A stretch of 64,000 bases of DNA from an uncultured Desulfarculus sp. (GCA_963665125.2 CAXXUK010000002.1:960001-1024000); one strand, 5' to 3'. Positions 49,243 to 60,102 are shown, counted from the first letter of the stretch. Program-made: numbers and translations. Notes: generated by a model from the letters alone, not told the origin.

Positions 49243-50478
49243 TCAAGCCTCTGGCTGCGGCGCAACTGCGGCCCCGTCGCCATTTGCCTCAACCCCGATT
49301 TGCTTCAACACGGCATTAAGCAGCATCCGCGCCTCATCGAACTCCGGATTGATCTCCAGGGCGTTGGTCAACACCTCCGAAGCGAGCTGCTTTTCGCCCA
49401 TCTCCCAATGGCAGCGGGCCATGTTGTACATCAGGTTTTCGTCTTTGGGGTGGAAGGCCAGGGCCTTTTTATAGAGGTTCAGGGCCATGTCCATCTTGCC
49501 CTGCTTGCGGTGGGCTATGCCCAGGCGGTTGTAGACATGGGCCAGGCTGGGGTCCATTTCCAGGGCTTTTTGGTAAAACTCCTCGCTTTCGGCGTAGTGG
49601 CCCTCTTTGGCCAGGGCGTCACCGACCTGGGTGGCCATGCCGGTGTCGTCGGGCACCTGGTCGGTGGCGTCCCGGAAGTGGCCCAGGGCCTGTTGCAGGT
49701 TCTTGAGCTGGAGTTCGATTTCGCCCATGTAATAAAACAGGCTGGCTTTGGTGAAACCGCCTTCCTTGATGCGGTCGGCGGCCTTGAGGGCGGCCTTCAC
49801 CACCTTGAGGGCGTCTTCCAACTCGCTTAGCTGGCGGTAGACCATGGCCAATTCGAGATATGCCTTCAGGTGGTCCGGATTGGCCCGCAGGACCGCGAAA
49901 AAGCTCTTGATGGCCTCGTCCGACTTGCCCAGCTTGCGCAGAACCCGGCCCAGGGCCATCAGGGCGGTTTCGTCTTCCTTTAGCCCCAGGGCCTCGCGGT
50001 AGGCTTCCTCAGCTTCGGGCAGGTCTTTTTTGCGCTCGGCCTTGCGGGCGAGGTCCATCTGCTCCATGAACCGCTCTTCGGTCTCGTCGATTTGGTCGGC
50101 CAGCAGTTCTGTGACGGTGTCCTGTAGCTTTTTGGCATTCAGCGGGTGGTTCAACACGGCGTTGGCCCCGGCCTTGAGCCCGGTTGTCTCCATCTGCTTG
50201 TCGCGTTGCTCGGCGATCAATACAACCGGAACCTCTTTGAGGTCATCGCGGCGGCGGACCATCTCCACCAGTTGCAGGCCGCTTATGGGCTGCATCTTCC
50301 AGCCGGTGATGATCAGGCTGACGGTCTTGTCCTTGAGCTTGAGCATGGCCTCGTCGACGCCCACCGCTGTCCATATCCTGTAGAATTTGAAGGTCTCCAG
50401 GTAAGATTCAAGGGTGTCCAGGGCCATCTTGTTGCCCTCGACCAACAGCACATGCATTTTCTGATATGATAGCTTCAC
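49243..50478 (-). CDS. Receiver-like domain + TPR protein
   Basis: N-terminal CheY-like fold with degenerate acidic residues; multiple TPRs. Confidence 0.88.
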   Translation of the reverse strand: MKLSYQKMHVLLVEGNKMALDTLESYLETFKFYRIWTAVGVDEAMLKLKDKTVSLIITGWKMQPISGLQLVEMVRRRDDLKEVPVVLIAEQRDKQMETTGLKAGANAVLNHPLNAKKLQDTVTELLADQIDETEERFMEQMDLARKAERKKDLPEAEEAYREALGLKEDETALMALGRVLRKLGKSDEAIKSFFAVLRANPDHLKAYLELAMVYRQLSELEDALKVVKAALKAADRIKEGGFTKASLFYYMGEIELQLKNLQQALGHFRDATDQVPDDTGMATQVGDALAKEGHYAESEEFYQKALEMDPSLAHVYNRLGIAHRKQGKMDMALNLYKKALAFHPKDENLMYNMARCHWEMGEKQLASEVLTNALEINPEFDEARMLLNAVLKQIGVEANGDGAAVAPQPEA

Positions 50479-50645
50479 TCTCGGACCCCGTGGATGTATT
50501 GTTTGACCGGTTTATAATACACGTCTCGGGTGAAGCATTGAAGCCCTAGTTTGACCCTGAGGCATGCGTAGTATAAAACAGCGTTGGTGACGGGAGGTGC
50601 GGCGGCGAGCGCGCCGTCCGGGAAAGTGTTTTCCGGAGGAAAACC

Positions 50646-51683
50646 ATGAAACAGGCTGAACTTTGGGACAAGCTGGACGGCGACAAGGTCCGCTGCCGTT
50701 TGTGCGCCCACGGCTGCGTCATAGGCCCGGAAAAGCGGGGTTTGTGCCAGGTCCGCGAAAACAAGGGCGGCGTGCTCTACAGCCTGGTCTGGGGCCGTCC
50801 CGTGGCCGCCAACGCCGACCCCATCGAGAAAAAGCCCCTGTACCACTTCCTGCCCGGCAGCCGCTCGTTTTCCATAGCCACCGTGGGCTGCAACTTCCGT
50901 TGCGCCTTTTGCCAGAACTGGCAGATAAGCCAGCAGCAGCTCGAAGACGGCGGGCCCATACCGGGCGGCGGCGCCGGCGGCTTGGTGCAGCCCAAGGACA
51001 TCGTGGATGAGGCCGTGGCGTCGGGATGCGCGTCGATCGCCTACACCTACACCGAACCGACGATATATTTCGAATACGCCAGGGACTGCATGAAGCTGGC
51101 CGTGGAGGCCGGGCTCAAGAATGTATTCGTGACCAACGGCTATGAATCGGCCGACTGCGTGGAGGCCTGCAAGAGCCTTTTGCACGCGGCCAACGTGGAC
51201 CTCAAGGCCTTTAACGACGATTTCTACAAGACCGAGTGCAAGGCCCGGCTGCAACCCGTGCTGGACACGTTAAAGCGCATGCACGAGGCCGGAATCTGGC
51301 TGGAGGTGACGACCCTGCTCATACCGGGCCGCAACGACGACCCGGCGGAGCTGGCCGGTCTGGCCGGATTCATCGCCGATGAGCTTTCGGTGGATACGCC
51401 GTGGCATATCAGCGCCTACATGCCCCGGTACAAGTACAGCGACGGCGGTCCGGCCCCGACACCGGTGGCAGCATTGGGCAGGGCCCTGGCCATCGGCCGC
51501 AAGGCCGGGCTGCGTTATGTGTACACGGGTAATGTGCCGGGACACGAAAGCGGCGACACCCGCTGCCCGCAATGTAACGACGTCGTGATCCGGCGGCAGG
51601 GCTATTACGTGGGCCGCAGCAGCCTCGAGAACGGCAAATGCCCCAATTGCGGCGCAGTCGTGCCCGGGGTGTGGCGCCTATGA
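50646..51683 (+). CDS. amrS: AmmeMemoRadiSam system radical SAM enzyme
   Basis: DPIEKKPLYHFLPG, GCNFRCAFCQNWQIS, YVYTGNVPG. Confidence 0.9.
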   Translation: MKQAELWDKLDGDKVRCRLCAHGCVIGPEKRGLCQVRENKGGVLYSLVWGRPVAANADPIEKKPLYHFLPGSRSFSIATVGCNFRCAFCQNWQISQQQLEDGGPIPGGGAGGLVQPKDIVDEAVASGCASIAYTYTEPTIYFEYARDCMKLAVEAGLKNVFVTNGYESADCVEACKSLLHAANVDLKAFNDDFYKTECKARLQPVLDTLKRMHEAGIWLEVTTLLIPGRNDDPAELAGLAGFIADELSVDTPWHISAYMPRYKYSDGGPAPTPVAALGRALAIGRKAGLRYVYTGNVPGHESGDTRCPQCNDVVIRRQGYYVGRSSLENGKCPNCGAVVPGVWRL

Positions 51684-52408
51684 GTGAAAACGCCCATCCC
51701 GGCGCGGGGCACCGCCAACGCCTGCGGGAGCGCTTCCTGGAGCACGGCCTGGAGAGCTTCACCGACGACCAGGTGCTTGAGTTGTTGTTGACCCTGGCCA
51801 CTCCGCGCCAGGACTGCAAGCTGAGGGCCAGGGCCCTGTTGGCCGAGTTCGGCAGCCTGGCGGGCGTATTGGACGCCCAGGCGCCGCTTTTGGCCAAGAT
51901 CAAAGGCATAGGGCCCAAAAATATCCTGGGCCTCAAGCTGATACCGGCGGTGGCCCGGCGCTATTTGGAAGACCGGCTAAAGCGGGAAGACAGGATATAC
52001 GACGCCCGCCAGGCCGCCGAACATTTGCACATGTCCATGCGGCCCCTGCGGCGGGAGGTGTTCCGGGTGATGCTGTTGGACGCCCACCGCCGGATGATCG
52101 AGGAAAACGACGTTTTCAGCGGCACCTTGACCACATCGGCGGTGTATCCCCGGGAGGTCGTCGCGGCCGCCCTTTCGGCCGGGGCCGCGGCAATCGTCTG
52201 CGCCCACAACCACCCCAGCGGCGAGGCACGGCCCAGCCGCGACGACGAGGCCATAACACGGCAGCTCTATTACGCCTGCCGGGGCGTGGGCGTGGAACTG
52301 ATGGACCACGTCATAGTGGCCGGAGATAAAATCTACAGCTTTGCCTCCGAGGGCAGGCTGACCAATCTCGCCTATGAATACGAGGCGCTGGCTTTGGAGG
52401 CTAATTGA
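51680..52408 (+). CDS. radC: RadC (JAB domain) protein
   Basis: GHRQRLRERF, VYPREVV, AHNHPSG..PSRDD, DHVIV. Confidence 0.93.
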   Translation: MSENAHPGAGHRQRLRERFLEHGLESFTDDQVLELLLTLATPRQDCKLRARALLAEFGSLAGVLDAQAPLLAKIKGIGPKNILGLKLIPAVARRYLEDRLKREDRIYDARQAAEHLHMSMRPLRREVFRVMLLDAHRRMIEENDVFSGTLTTSAVYPREVVAAALSAGAAAIVCAHNHPSGEARPSRDDEAITRQLYYACRGVGVELMDHVIVAGDKIYSFASEGRLTNLAYEYEALALEAN

Positions 52409-52410
52409 TC

Positions 52411-53109
52411 ATGGAACCCAGGGACCGCCTGATTTTCGCCCTTGATGTGGACACCGTGGAAAAGGCCGTTGAGTTGGTGAGCATGCTCAAGGACGACGTT
52501 GGCGTGTTCAAGATCGGCCTGGAACTGTTCACGGCCCAGGGGCCAAAGGTCGTGGAGGCCGTGCGCCAGGCCGGAGCCCGGCAGATATTTTTGGATCTCA
52601 AGCTCCACGACATTCCGGCCACCATGCGCTCGGCGGCTAAGGCGGCCAGCGGCGTTGGCGTGGACCTGCTGACCTGCCATTGCGACCAGGCCGCGATATT
52701 TGAGGGCGTCGATCTGGGTTCAACCAAGCTGTTGGGCATAACCGTGCTGACCAGCCTGGGCTCTGAGGACCTGGCTGCCATGGGCTACCCTGCGGAGCTG
52801 CAAGACCCCGCCCAACTGGTCAAACGAAGGGCAAGGCTGGCCCTGGCCGCGGGATGCGCCGGTGTGGTCTGCTCGGGCCGCGAGGCCGCCGATGTGCGGG
52901 CCGTGTTGGGACCGGAGGCCCTGATCGTCTGCCCCGGCATCCGTCTGGCCAGCGGCGATGTCCACGACCAGAAAAGGGTGGTCACTCCGGCCATTGCCGT
53001 GCAATCAGGCGCCAGCCACATCGTGGTTGGCCGGCCCATCCGCCAAGCGCCGAGTCCTGCCGAGGCGGCCGCCGAAATCGTTGCCCAGATGGCCTCGGTA
53101 TTGTGTTGA
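52411..53109 (+). CDS. pyrF: Orotidine-5'-phosphate decarboxylase
   Basis: LIFALDV, FLDLKLHDIPATM, PGIR, VVGRPI. Confidence 0.96.
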   Translation: MEPRDRLIFALDVDTVEKAVELVSMLKDDVGVFKIGLELFTAQGPKVVEAVRQAGARQIFLDLKLHDIPATMRSAAKAASGVGVDLLTCHCDQAAIFEGVDLGSTKLLGITVLTSLGSEDLAAMGYPAELQDPAQLVKRRARLALAAGCAGVVCSGREAADVRAVLGPEALIVCPGIRLASGDVHDQKRVVTPAIAVQSGASHIVVGRPIRQAPSPAEAAAEIVAQMASVLC

Positions 53110-53174
53110 TATCTTACGTAATTTCTTATTTGTGCCCAAGTAGGCACATGTGATAAATTGTGTCCGGTCAGTAT

Positions 53175-53256
53175 GAAAGGGCAAACCCGCCGAAAGGCGG
53201 GGGCGCAAAGTCACCGGCCTAAAGCCCCGTGGGGGCCAGGGCGGCGGGACTGCCAA
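53175..53256 (+). ncRNA. Cyclic di-GMP-I (GEMM) riboswitch
   Basis: GGCAAACCCGCC-GAAA-GGCGGGGGCGCAAAG P2 with GNRA loop, then CTAA receptor-containing P3. Confidence 0.9.
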
Positions 53257-53332
53257 GACAGACCGGAGCCTTTCCCGAATCTCCGCGTCTTCCTGGTTAA
53301 TTTTATCCAAATCACTTTGTCGACGGATTGCC

Positions 53333-53791
53333 ATGGACGTCAGGTATGTCAATCCCTTTCTGCGGGGAGCAGTGGAGGTGCTGGGCACCATGGCCGGAAT
53401 CAGCCTGGAGCCGGGCAAGCCATACATTAAAAACAGGGGCGAGGCTGAAGGCGATATCAGCGGTCTGATCGCAATCAACGGAGAGGCCCAGGGCTCTTTG
53501 TCCGTAACTTTTCATTTCAGCCTGATCCAGGCGGTGATCCGGGGGATGCTGGGTGATGAAGTCACCGAGGTGGGAACCGAGGTCAGGGATGCGGTTGGCG
53601 AACTGACCAACATGATATCGGGCGCGGCCAGGCGCAGCCTGGGCGAGGACGGCCTGAGTCTGAGCGCCGGTATTCCCAGGGTAATCGATGGTCCGGCCCA
53701 TAAAATCGCCCATCTTTGCCGGGGCCCGGTCTTGGCCATTCCTTTTTCCAGTGAATACGGCTATATGGTCGTGGAAGTGTCTCTGCAATAA
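53333..53791 (+). CDS. cheX: Chemotaxis phosphatase CheX
   Basis: MDVRYVNPFL, DAVGELTNMISG. Confidence 0.92.
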   Translation: MDVRYVNPFLRGAVEVLGTMAGISLEPGKPYIKNRGEAEGDISGLIAINGEAQGSLSVTFHFSLIQAVIRGMLGDEVTEVGTEVRDAVGELTNMISGAARRSLGEDGLSLSAGIPRVIDGPAHKIAHLCRGPVLAIPFSSEYGYMVVEVSLQ

Positions 53792-54087
53792 CCATCCGTG
53801 CTGCTTGCCAAGCAGGTGAAAAACCGGTAAATTTCTAGCAGTTTGTTGAGAAAGCCCATCCTGGCCTTTCTCAACGGTTGGTTGGCAAAGGCGTGGTTTT
53901 GCCAACTAACTCAATTTGCTGGTTTTTATAAAACCGCGCAAATTGGCGGATCCTTTTGGGCCCGCCCAGCAGGCTGTTGATAACACCCTGCTAGTGCAAT
54001 GCAATGGCTCGGGCCATCTGGCGCATGGACGCCGGTGGCGGGTGGCTGGTACAATATCAGCCATTGTGAAGAAAACAGGGGAGAGCC

Positions 54088-54468
54088 ATGGCTGATGTCA
54101 TCGACCTTAGCCGGCGTAATCAAAGCAAGGAACGCCGGATTCAGGAAGGCCGCAACCGCCGCAAGGCGGAAGCAGTGGCATCGGCCATGTCCTGTGGCAT
54201 GTGTCCTCGCAAGTGCGCGTTTTGTGGCCAGGCCATAGAATACCCCGAGCCCCCTTTGAACAAGGTTCCCTATCCGTTATGTGAATGCTGCCGTGAAGAG
54301 GCGCAGGCGTTTTTACGCCACGAAGAGGGGCTCAAGGACGATAATACATTTTGGCAGACCGAGCAGTGGGCCCATTTGTGGCGTTCGTGGCTGGCGCATA
54401 TGGATGCCCTGGGGCAGTTTCGCAACTCCAGGGAATTTCTGAGATTGATGCAGGAATACAGCCAGTAG
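54088..54468 (+). CDS. Hypothetical Cys-rich protein
   Basis: CGMCPRKCAFCG, LCECC. Confidence 0.75.
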   Translation: MADVIDLSRRNQSKERRIQEGRNRRKAEAVASAMSCGMCPRKCAFCGQAIEYPEPPLNKVPYPLCECCREEAQAFLRHEEGLKDDNTFWQTEQWAHLWRSWLAHMDALGQFRNSREFLRLMQEYSQ

Positions 54469-54512
54469 TATTTCGGCCCGCAAAAAATGCTCCAATTGAG
54501 GGAGGATAATAA

Positions 54513-54731
54513 ATGATCGGCGGTGGTATCGGACATTTTGAATGGTTGATTATCCTGGTCATTGTGCTGATTATCTTTGGCGCGGGCAAACTGCCCTCGG
54601 TGGGCGGCAACCTGGGTAAGGCCATCAAAAACTTCCGCAGCGGCGTAAAGGAAGAAAAGGTGGAAGGCTCCCAGCCCCAGCAGGAGATAGAAGACACGGC
54701 CTCCAAGGAGAAAGAGGAGGTCAAGGTCTGA
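54513..54731 (+). CDS. tatA: Twin-arginine translocase TatA/E
   Basis: [24 protein letters not shown]. Confidence 0.93.
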   Translation: MIGGGIGHFEWLIILVIVLIIFGAGKLPSVGGNLGKAIKNFRSGVKEEKVEGSQPQQEIEDTASKEKEEVKV

Positions 54732-54967
54732 CCGGGACCAACCGCTATGAGGCGTTTGTTTGACGATCGCATCGCGCCGCCCGACTATGGCGGCGCTTTC
54801 ATTTACAAAAAAAGCGACCGTTGAATGAATGCCCGCACTATTGGCCTGGATGGTTTATTATCTTTAATTATTGGCCTCAAACTATTGACGCACTTTGGCG
54901 GTGGGTGGTAAATAAGGCACAGCCGCCGGGAGGTGGCGAGGCCTGCCTCCAAATGGTGGTTTTTTAT

Positions 54968-55053
54968 GGAGGGATGGCCGAGTGGTCGAAGGCGGCGGTC
55001 TTGAAAACCGTTGAACGAAAGTTCCGTGGGTTCGAATCCTACTCCCTCCGCCA
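54968..55053 (+). tRNA. tRNA-Ser(TGA)
   Basis: Cloverleaf with long variable arm, anticodon loop ctTGAaa, CCA end. Confidence 0.95.
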
Positions 55054-55100
55054 ATTTTTGACCCGAAAAACGGGGCTGTTGCGTGCCCCGAAAATACCGC

Positions 55101-55194
<94 letters not shown>

Positions 55195-55268
55195 AAGTTG
55201 AATCCAAACGGTCCGGGCACCATAGCCTGGGCCGTTTTTTTTATGCACCGGCTCGAAAGGCGGACGCC

Positions 55269-57131
55269 GTGTTTTTTGCCCAGATAATTGCCTTCATCCT
55301 GGTCATGGTCCTGTTCGAGGCCTATCAGCCCGGCAAACCCACCCTCGGCCTGGCCGATTCGCTGATGGGCTGCGCGGCCCTGCTGATCCTGTTCTGGGCT
55401 CTGGCCCGGGTGATGGTGCGGGCCTTTCTGGGCCGGGTGGCTTCCGACCGACCCCAGGCCGATCCGGCCCGCTCGGCCAAACGCCTGGAGGGTCTGCTGC
55501 ACGGCCTGGCCATCGTCTGTTTCGTGGCCATGGTCATGCCCCTGGACCTCAAGGCGCATCTGGTGCAGTGGCCTCCGGTTACCCGCTGGCAGAGCCTGTC
55601 CGGGCTTTGCGCGGCCCTGCTCTACCTTGCCAACCTGCTGGTGGTCTGGTGGTCCATGCATCCGGTGGAGCGGCGGGTCTTCCTGCGGCGCATCGATGCC
55701 TGGCCATATGTCTTGGGCCAGGCCCGCTTCGTGGCCCCCGTGGTGTTTCCCTGGTTCATCGCCGTTATCCTGCGCGACGCCTTGGCCGCGCTGTGGCCCT
55801 CGGCCGACGCCTGGCTGGAGACGAGCCTGGGCGACCTGTTTTTCCTGGCCGTATTCCTGTTGCTCATATCGCTGTTGTTTCCGCCCCTGGTGCGGCGCTG
55901 GTGGAATTGCCGGCCCATACCGTCCGGCCGGACCAGACACGTGGCCCAGACCGTGTTGGACCATGTGGGCGTGCGGGTGGCCGAGATCGTGGACTGGCCC
56001 ATCCTGGAGGGCAGGGTGCTCACCGCCGGGGTGCTGGGCCTGGCGCCCCGGTTGCGCTATCTGCTGATCACCGAGGCCTTGGCCGAGTCGCTGACCGAAG
56101 AGCAGATGGCCGCCGTGGTGGCTCACGAGGCCGGGCACGTCAAACACTGGCACGTGTTTTTATATTTACTGTTTTTCATGGGCTTTTTTGTCATCGTTTT
56201 TGCCATGTCCGGGCCCCTGAGCCTGGGCCTGGGCGGACTGTTGTATCTGCTTTCGGGAACCGAGTGGGGCATCGCCGCCCTCAGCGCCCCGGCGGACCAG
56301 GCCAGCGCCCTGGGCCTGTTGACCTCGCTGCCCATGGTTATTTTTTTGGCGGTGTACCTGCGTTTCGGCATGGGCTTTTTCATGCGCCATTTCGAGCGCC
56401 AGGCCGATCTTTTTTCCGTGCGGGTAGTCGGTGGCGCCCAGCCCCTGATCGGCGCTCTGGAGCGCATCTCGTACCTCTCAGGCAATATCCGCGACGTACC
56501 GTCGTGGCACCACTTCTCCGTGGCCCAGCGGGTGGAGGCCATGCGCCGGGCCGAGAGCGACAGCGGCTACATCCGCCAGCACAGCCGGATGCTGCGCCGG
56601 GGCCTGGCCATCTACCTGGCCGTGGTGCTGGTCCTGGTGGGCCTGGGCCTGGGCATCGACTACAGCCCGGCCGGGGAAAACATGCATCGCGCCCTGCTGG
56701 TGCGCCTGCTGGAGGACCGGGCGGCCGCCATGCCCAACAACGCCCGCCTGCGCATGCAATTGGGCGTGCTGCGCTATGAGATGGGCCAGGAGCGTCGGGC
56801 CCTGGCCGACCTGCGCTCGTCCGTGGCCATGAACCCCGGCGACCCCGAGGCCCTCAACAGCCTGGCCTGGCTGTTGGTGACGGCCGAGGATCAGGACCTG
56901 CGCGATCCGGCCAAGGGCCTGGACCTGGCCCAGGAGGCCGTCAAGATCAGCCCCAAGGCCCATATCTGGGACACCCTGGCCGAGGCCTACTTTGTCAACG
57001 GACAGCCCGACAGGGCCGAATCGGCGGCCTGGGCCGCCCTGGAGTCCGGACCAGAGCCCGAGCGGCGGCAATACTTTAAACAGCAGTACCAGCGCTTCAA
57101 GGAGGCGGCGGCAAAAGGCTCCAAGCCGTAA
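55269..57131 (+). CDS. M48-family membrane metallopeptidase with TPR tail
   Basis: AHEAGH, FERQAD, multiple TMs, ALNSLAWLL TPR. Confidence 0.9.
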   Translation: MFFAQIIAFILVMVLFEAYQPGKPTLGLADSLMGCAALLILFWALARVMVRAFLGRVASDRPQADPARSAKRLEGLLHGLAIVCFVAMVMPLDLKAHLVQWPPVTRWQSLSGLCAALLYLANLLVVWWSMHPVERRVFLRRIDAWPYVLGQARFVAPVVFPWFIAVILRDALAALWPSADAWLETSLGDLFFLAVFLLLISLLFPPLVRRWWNCRPIPSGRTRHVAQTVLDHVGVRVAEIVDWPILEGRVLTAGVLGLAPRLRYLLITEALAESLTEEQMAAVVAHEAGHVKHWHVFLYLLFFMGFFVIVFAMSGPLSLGLGGLLYLLSGTEWGIAALSAPADQASALGLLTSLPMVIFLAVYLRFGMGFFMRHFERQADLFSVRVVGGAQPLIGALERISYLSGNIRDVPSWHHFSVAQRVEAMRRAESDSGYIRQHSRMLRRGLAIYLAVVLVLVGLGLGIDYSPAGENMHRALLVRLLEDRAAAMPNNARLRMQLGVLRYEMGQERRALADLRSSVAMNPGDPEALNSLAWLLVTAEDQDLRDPAKGLDLAQEAVKISPKAHIWDTLAEAYFVNGQPDRAESAAWAALESGPEPERRQYFKQQYQRFKEAAAKGSKP

Positions 57132-58543
57132 TGCGCTCGCCGGTTGTTATCATCGGTCTGGACTGCGCCGCGCCGGAGCTGTTGTTCGAGCGTTTTATCG
57201 GGCGCCTGCCCAATATCGGCGCCCTGATCGAGCGGGGCCTCCATGGCCCCTTGCGCAGCGTAGACCCGCCCATCACCGTGCCCGCCTGGGCCTGCATGAC
57301 CAGCGGCATGGACCCCGGCCAGCTGGGCCTGTACGGTTTTCGCAACCGCCGCGGATACGGCTATGAGGCGCTAACCACGGCGTCGTCTGCCGATGTCCGC
57401 CATCCCCGGCTTTGGGAAATGGCCCATGCCGCCGGTATGACCTCGGTGGCCCTGGGCGTGCCCCTGACCTGGCCCGCCTCCCCCCTGCGCGGGGCCATGG
57501 TGGCCGGTTTTCCCCTGCCGCCGGGCAAAGATGGCCTGGTGCAGCCCCGCAGCCTGGGGCCCAAGCTGGAGCGCTGGGGGGGCGGGCCGTACATCCCCGA
57601 CGCCGAGGGCTTCCGCAACATTGACAGGGCCCAATTGGCCGAACTGGTCGAGACCATGGTCAAACGGCGCTTTGCCGTGGCCAGGGGCCTGTGGCGGCAG
57701 TACCGGCCCGAGTTCATGATGATGGTGGAGATGGGCCCGGACCGCATGCACCACGCCTTTTGGCGCTATATGGACCCGGAGCACCGCCTGCACGAGCCGA
57801 ACAGCCCCTTTGCCAAGGCCATCGAAGAACACTACGCAGCCCTGGACCGCGAGATCGGCGCTTTATTGGAAATGCTGCCGCCGGAGACCCTGGTGCTCAT
57901 CGTCAGCGACCACGGGGCCCGGCGTATGGAAGGGGCACTGTGCATCAACCAGTGGCTGATCAATAGGGGCCTGCTTGTGCTGAAGGAGCCGCCGGACGAG
58001 CCGAAACGCCTGAGCGCCGGGATGATCGACTGGCCCAAGACCAGGGTCTGGTCCGACGGCGGATATTATGCCCGGATCTTCTGCAACGTGGCCGGACGGG
58101 AGCCCCAAGGCGTGATTCCGCTGGAGGATCTTAACGATTTTCTGGCCAGCCTGCATGCTGAACTGGAGGCCATGCCCGGACCGGACGGCAGCCCCCTGGG
58201 CAACCGGGTGATCGATCCCCGCCGGGCCTATGCGGCCCAGGAAGGCGCGCCCCCGGAGCTGATGCTCTATCCCGGCGATCTGGCTTGGCGGGCCGTGGGC
58301 ACGGTGTGGCCCGGCGACGGCCCCTTGTTCACCTTTGAAAACGACATTGGCCCGGACGACGCCAACCATGCGCCCGACGGCGTGCTCATCGCCGTATTGG
58401 CCGGGGACGGCCCCTTGCCCGGCGCGGGTGGTGTGGTGGAAGACGCCCGGCTGTTGGACGTCTGCCCCAGCGTGTGCGCCTGGCTGGGCCTGGAAATACC
58501 TGACACGACCACGGGGCGGCCCTGGCCCTGGTTGAGCCTGTAG
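57131..58543 (+). CDS. Alkaline phosphatase superfamily phosphodiesterase
   Basis: IIGLDCA, PPITVPAW, DRMHHAFW, IVSDHG, DDANHA. Confidence 0.9.
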   Translation: MRSPVVIIGLDCAAPELLFERFIGRLPNIGALIERGLHGPLRSVDPPITVPAWACMTSGMDPGQLGLYGFRNRRGYGYEALTTASSADVRHPRLWEMAHAAGMTSVALGVPLTWPASPLRGAMVAGFPLPPGKDGLVQPRSLGPKLERWGGGPYIPDAEGFRNIDRAQLAELVETMVKRRFAVARGLWRQYRPEFMMMVEMGPDRMHHAFWRYMDPEHRLHEPNSPFAKAIEEHYAALDREIGALLEMLPPETLVLIVSDHGARRMEGALCINQWLINRGLLVLKEPPDEPKRLSAGMIDWPKTRVWSDGGYYARIFCNVAGREPQGVIPLEDLNDFLASLHAELEAMPGPDGSPLGNRVIDPRRAYAAQEGAPPELMLYPGDLAWRAVGTVWPGDGPLFTFENDIGPDDANHAPDGVLIAVLAGDGPLPGAGGVVEDARLLDVCPSVCAWLGLEIPDTTTGRPWPWLSL

Positions 58544-58558
58544 CCGCCCCGCTTACCG

Positions 58559-59224
58559 CTACATATCCTTGGTAGAAAGCAACTCGTCCACGCTCAGCCT
58601 GTCGCTGCGGAAGCTGTTGGCCGGGGCATCCGGGTCGGCATAGCCCACGGCGATGCCGATGAGCAGGTCTTCGTCAGCGGGAATATCCACGTATTTGCGG
58701 ACAATATCCGGGTAGGTGGCCAGGGCGGCCTGGATGCAGGTGGCCAGGCCCAACTCGTGGGCGGCCAGGCTGATCATCGTGGCCATGGCTCCGCCGTCCA
58801 GGATCACGTAGGCCGTCTGGCCCTTGGGCACGGTGACGAACACCAGGCACGGCGCGCCGAATGCGTTGTAGTTGTTGATGTAGTGGGCCATGCGGCCTTC
58901 CTTGTCCTCGCGGCCAAGGCCCATCTTTTCGAACAGGGCCCGGCCCAGGGAGCCGTAGCGGTTCTTCAACTCGCCTTCAAACTTGCCGGGCATTTCCACG
59001 TCCGAATTGCCGGGCAAGCCGCTTTGGATGGCCTGGGCGTTTTCCTGGCGCAGCTTGGCGGCCGTCTCGCCGCCCACGGCGTAGACCTTCCAGGGTTGTG
59101 TGTTGCCCCAGCTGGGGGTGCGGGCGACCACCTCCATGATCTTTTTCATGGTGTCGGCGCTTACCTGTTTGTCGAGGTACTTGCGGCATGAATAGCGGCC
59201 AGTTACCACATCTTTGAATTCCAT
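58559..59224 (-). CDS. Nitroreductase family protein
   Basis: RYSCRKY, TPSWGNTQPW, GLATC. Confidence 0.92.
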   Translation of the reverse strand: MEFKDVVTGRYSCRKYLDKQVSADTMKKIMEVVARTPSWGNTQPWKVYAVGGETAAKLRQENAQAIQSGLPGNSDVEMPGKFEGELKNRYGSLGRALFEKMGLGREDKEGRMAHYINNYNAFGAPCLVFVTVPKGQTAYVILDGGAMATMISLAAHELGLATCIQAALATYPDIVRKYVDIPADEDLLIGIAVGYADPDAPANSFRSDRLSVDELLSTKDM

Positions 59225-59235
59225 ACGGTTTCTCC

Positions 59236-60102
59236 CTATGGGCGGTTTTTGTTGCCGAAAAATGAGTGCATCAGGCGGCGGAAATCAGGGTTTTCCGCCG
59301 CCGCGGCAGTGCTTTTACGTTCTCTGGCCATCTGGTTGTAGAGCCCCCGGACGCGGCCCTTGTTCATCAATTTTTTGGTGGCGACCAGGGCTTGGCCGGA
59401 GTTTTGGGCCAATTCATGGGCCAGGGCCAGAGCATGTTCCAAGGTCCGGCCGGGCTCGGTCAAATGGTTTACCAGGCCAAGTTCTGCGGCCCGCCGGGCG
59501 GGAATGCCTTGATTCAGCAGAAGCATCTCCGAGGCCAGGGGCAGGCCAACCGCCTTGGTCAACAGATGGGTTACGCCTGCGGCGGGTGTCAGGCCCACGC
59601 CCAAAAAACCGGCCACTAGTTTGGCGTCGTTGGCGCACACGGTCAGATCGCTGCACAGGACCCAGGCCAGGCCCGCGCCCGATGCCGCGCCCTCAACCGC
59701 GCAGATGGTGGCCTGGGGCATGTTCAGCATGGTGTGAACAGCCTGGTGGACATGGCCGGTGTAGCTCCAGAATACTTCTCCGGCGCCTTCATGGGGGTGT
59801 TGTTGCAAATGACGCCAGGCCCGCTTGAGGTTGCCGCCCGCGCAGAAAACACCGCCCGCGCCGGTGATGACCGCCACGCGCAGGGAACCATCGGCCGACA
59901 CCGCCCCCAGGGCGTCAACAAATTGCGGACCCATGTCCTGGTCCATGGCGTTGAAATCCCGGGGGTTGTCCAAGGTCACCAGGGCCACCGCGCCGCGGCG
60001 TTCAAGATGTACTTTGGCATTGGCCAAGGTGCGCTCCCTGTGCAATGGCCCGGCGCGGGAACCGCAAAGGATTCGGCCGCCGCCGTTGGCCAACCAAGGC
60101 AA
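59236..60102 (-). CDS. Enoyl-CoA hydratase/isomerase (start probably downstream)
   Basis: FCAGGNL, AVEGAASGAG, AAELGLVN. Confidence 0.88.
   Translation of the reverse strand: MPWLANGGGRILCGSRAGPLHRERTLANAKVHLERRGAVALVTLDNPRDFNAMDQDMGPQFVDALGAVSADGSLRVAVITGAGGVFCAGGNLKRAWRHLQQHPHEGAGEVFWSYTGHVHQAVHTMLNMPQATICAVEGAASGAGLAWVLCSDLTVCANDAKLVAGFLGVGLTPAAGVTHLLTKAVGLPLASEMLLLNQGIPARRAAELGLVNHLTEPGRTLEHALALAHELAQNSGQALVATKKLMNKGRVRGLYNQMARERKSTAAAAENPDFRRLMHSFFGNKNRP

Noticed and set aside
51680..52408. radC as marker of another mobile element
   Set aside because: Full-length chromosomal form in an operon with amrS and pyrF; no mobility genes nearby.
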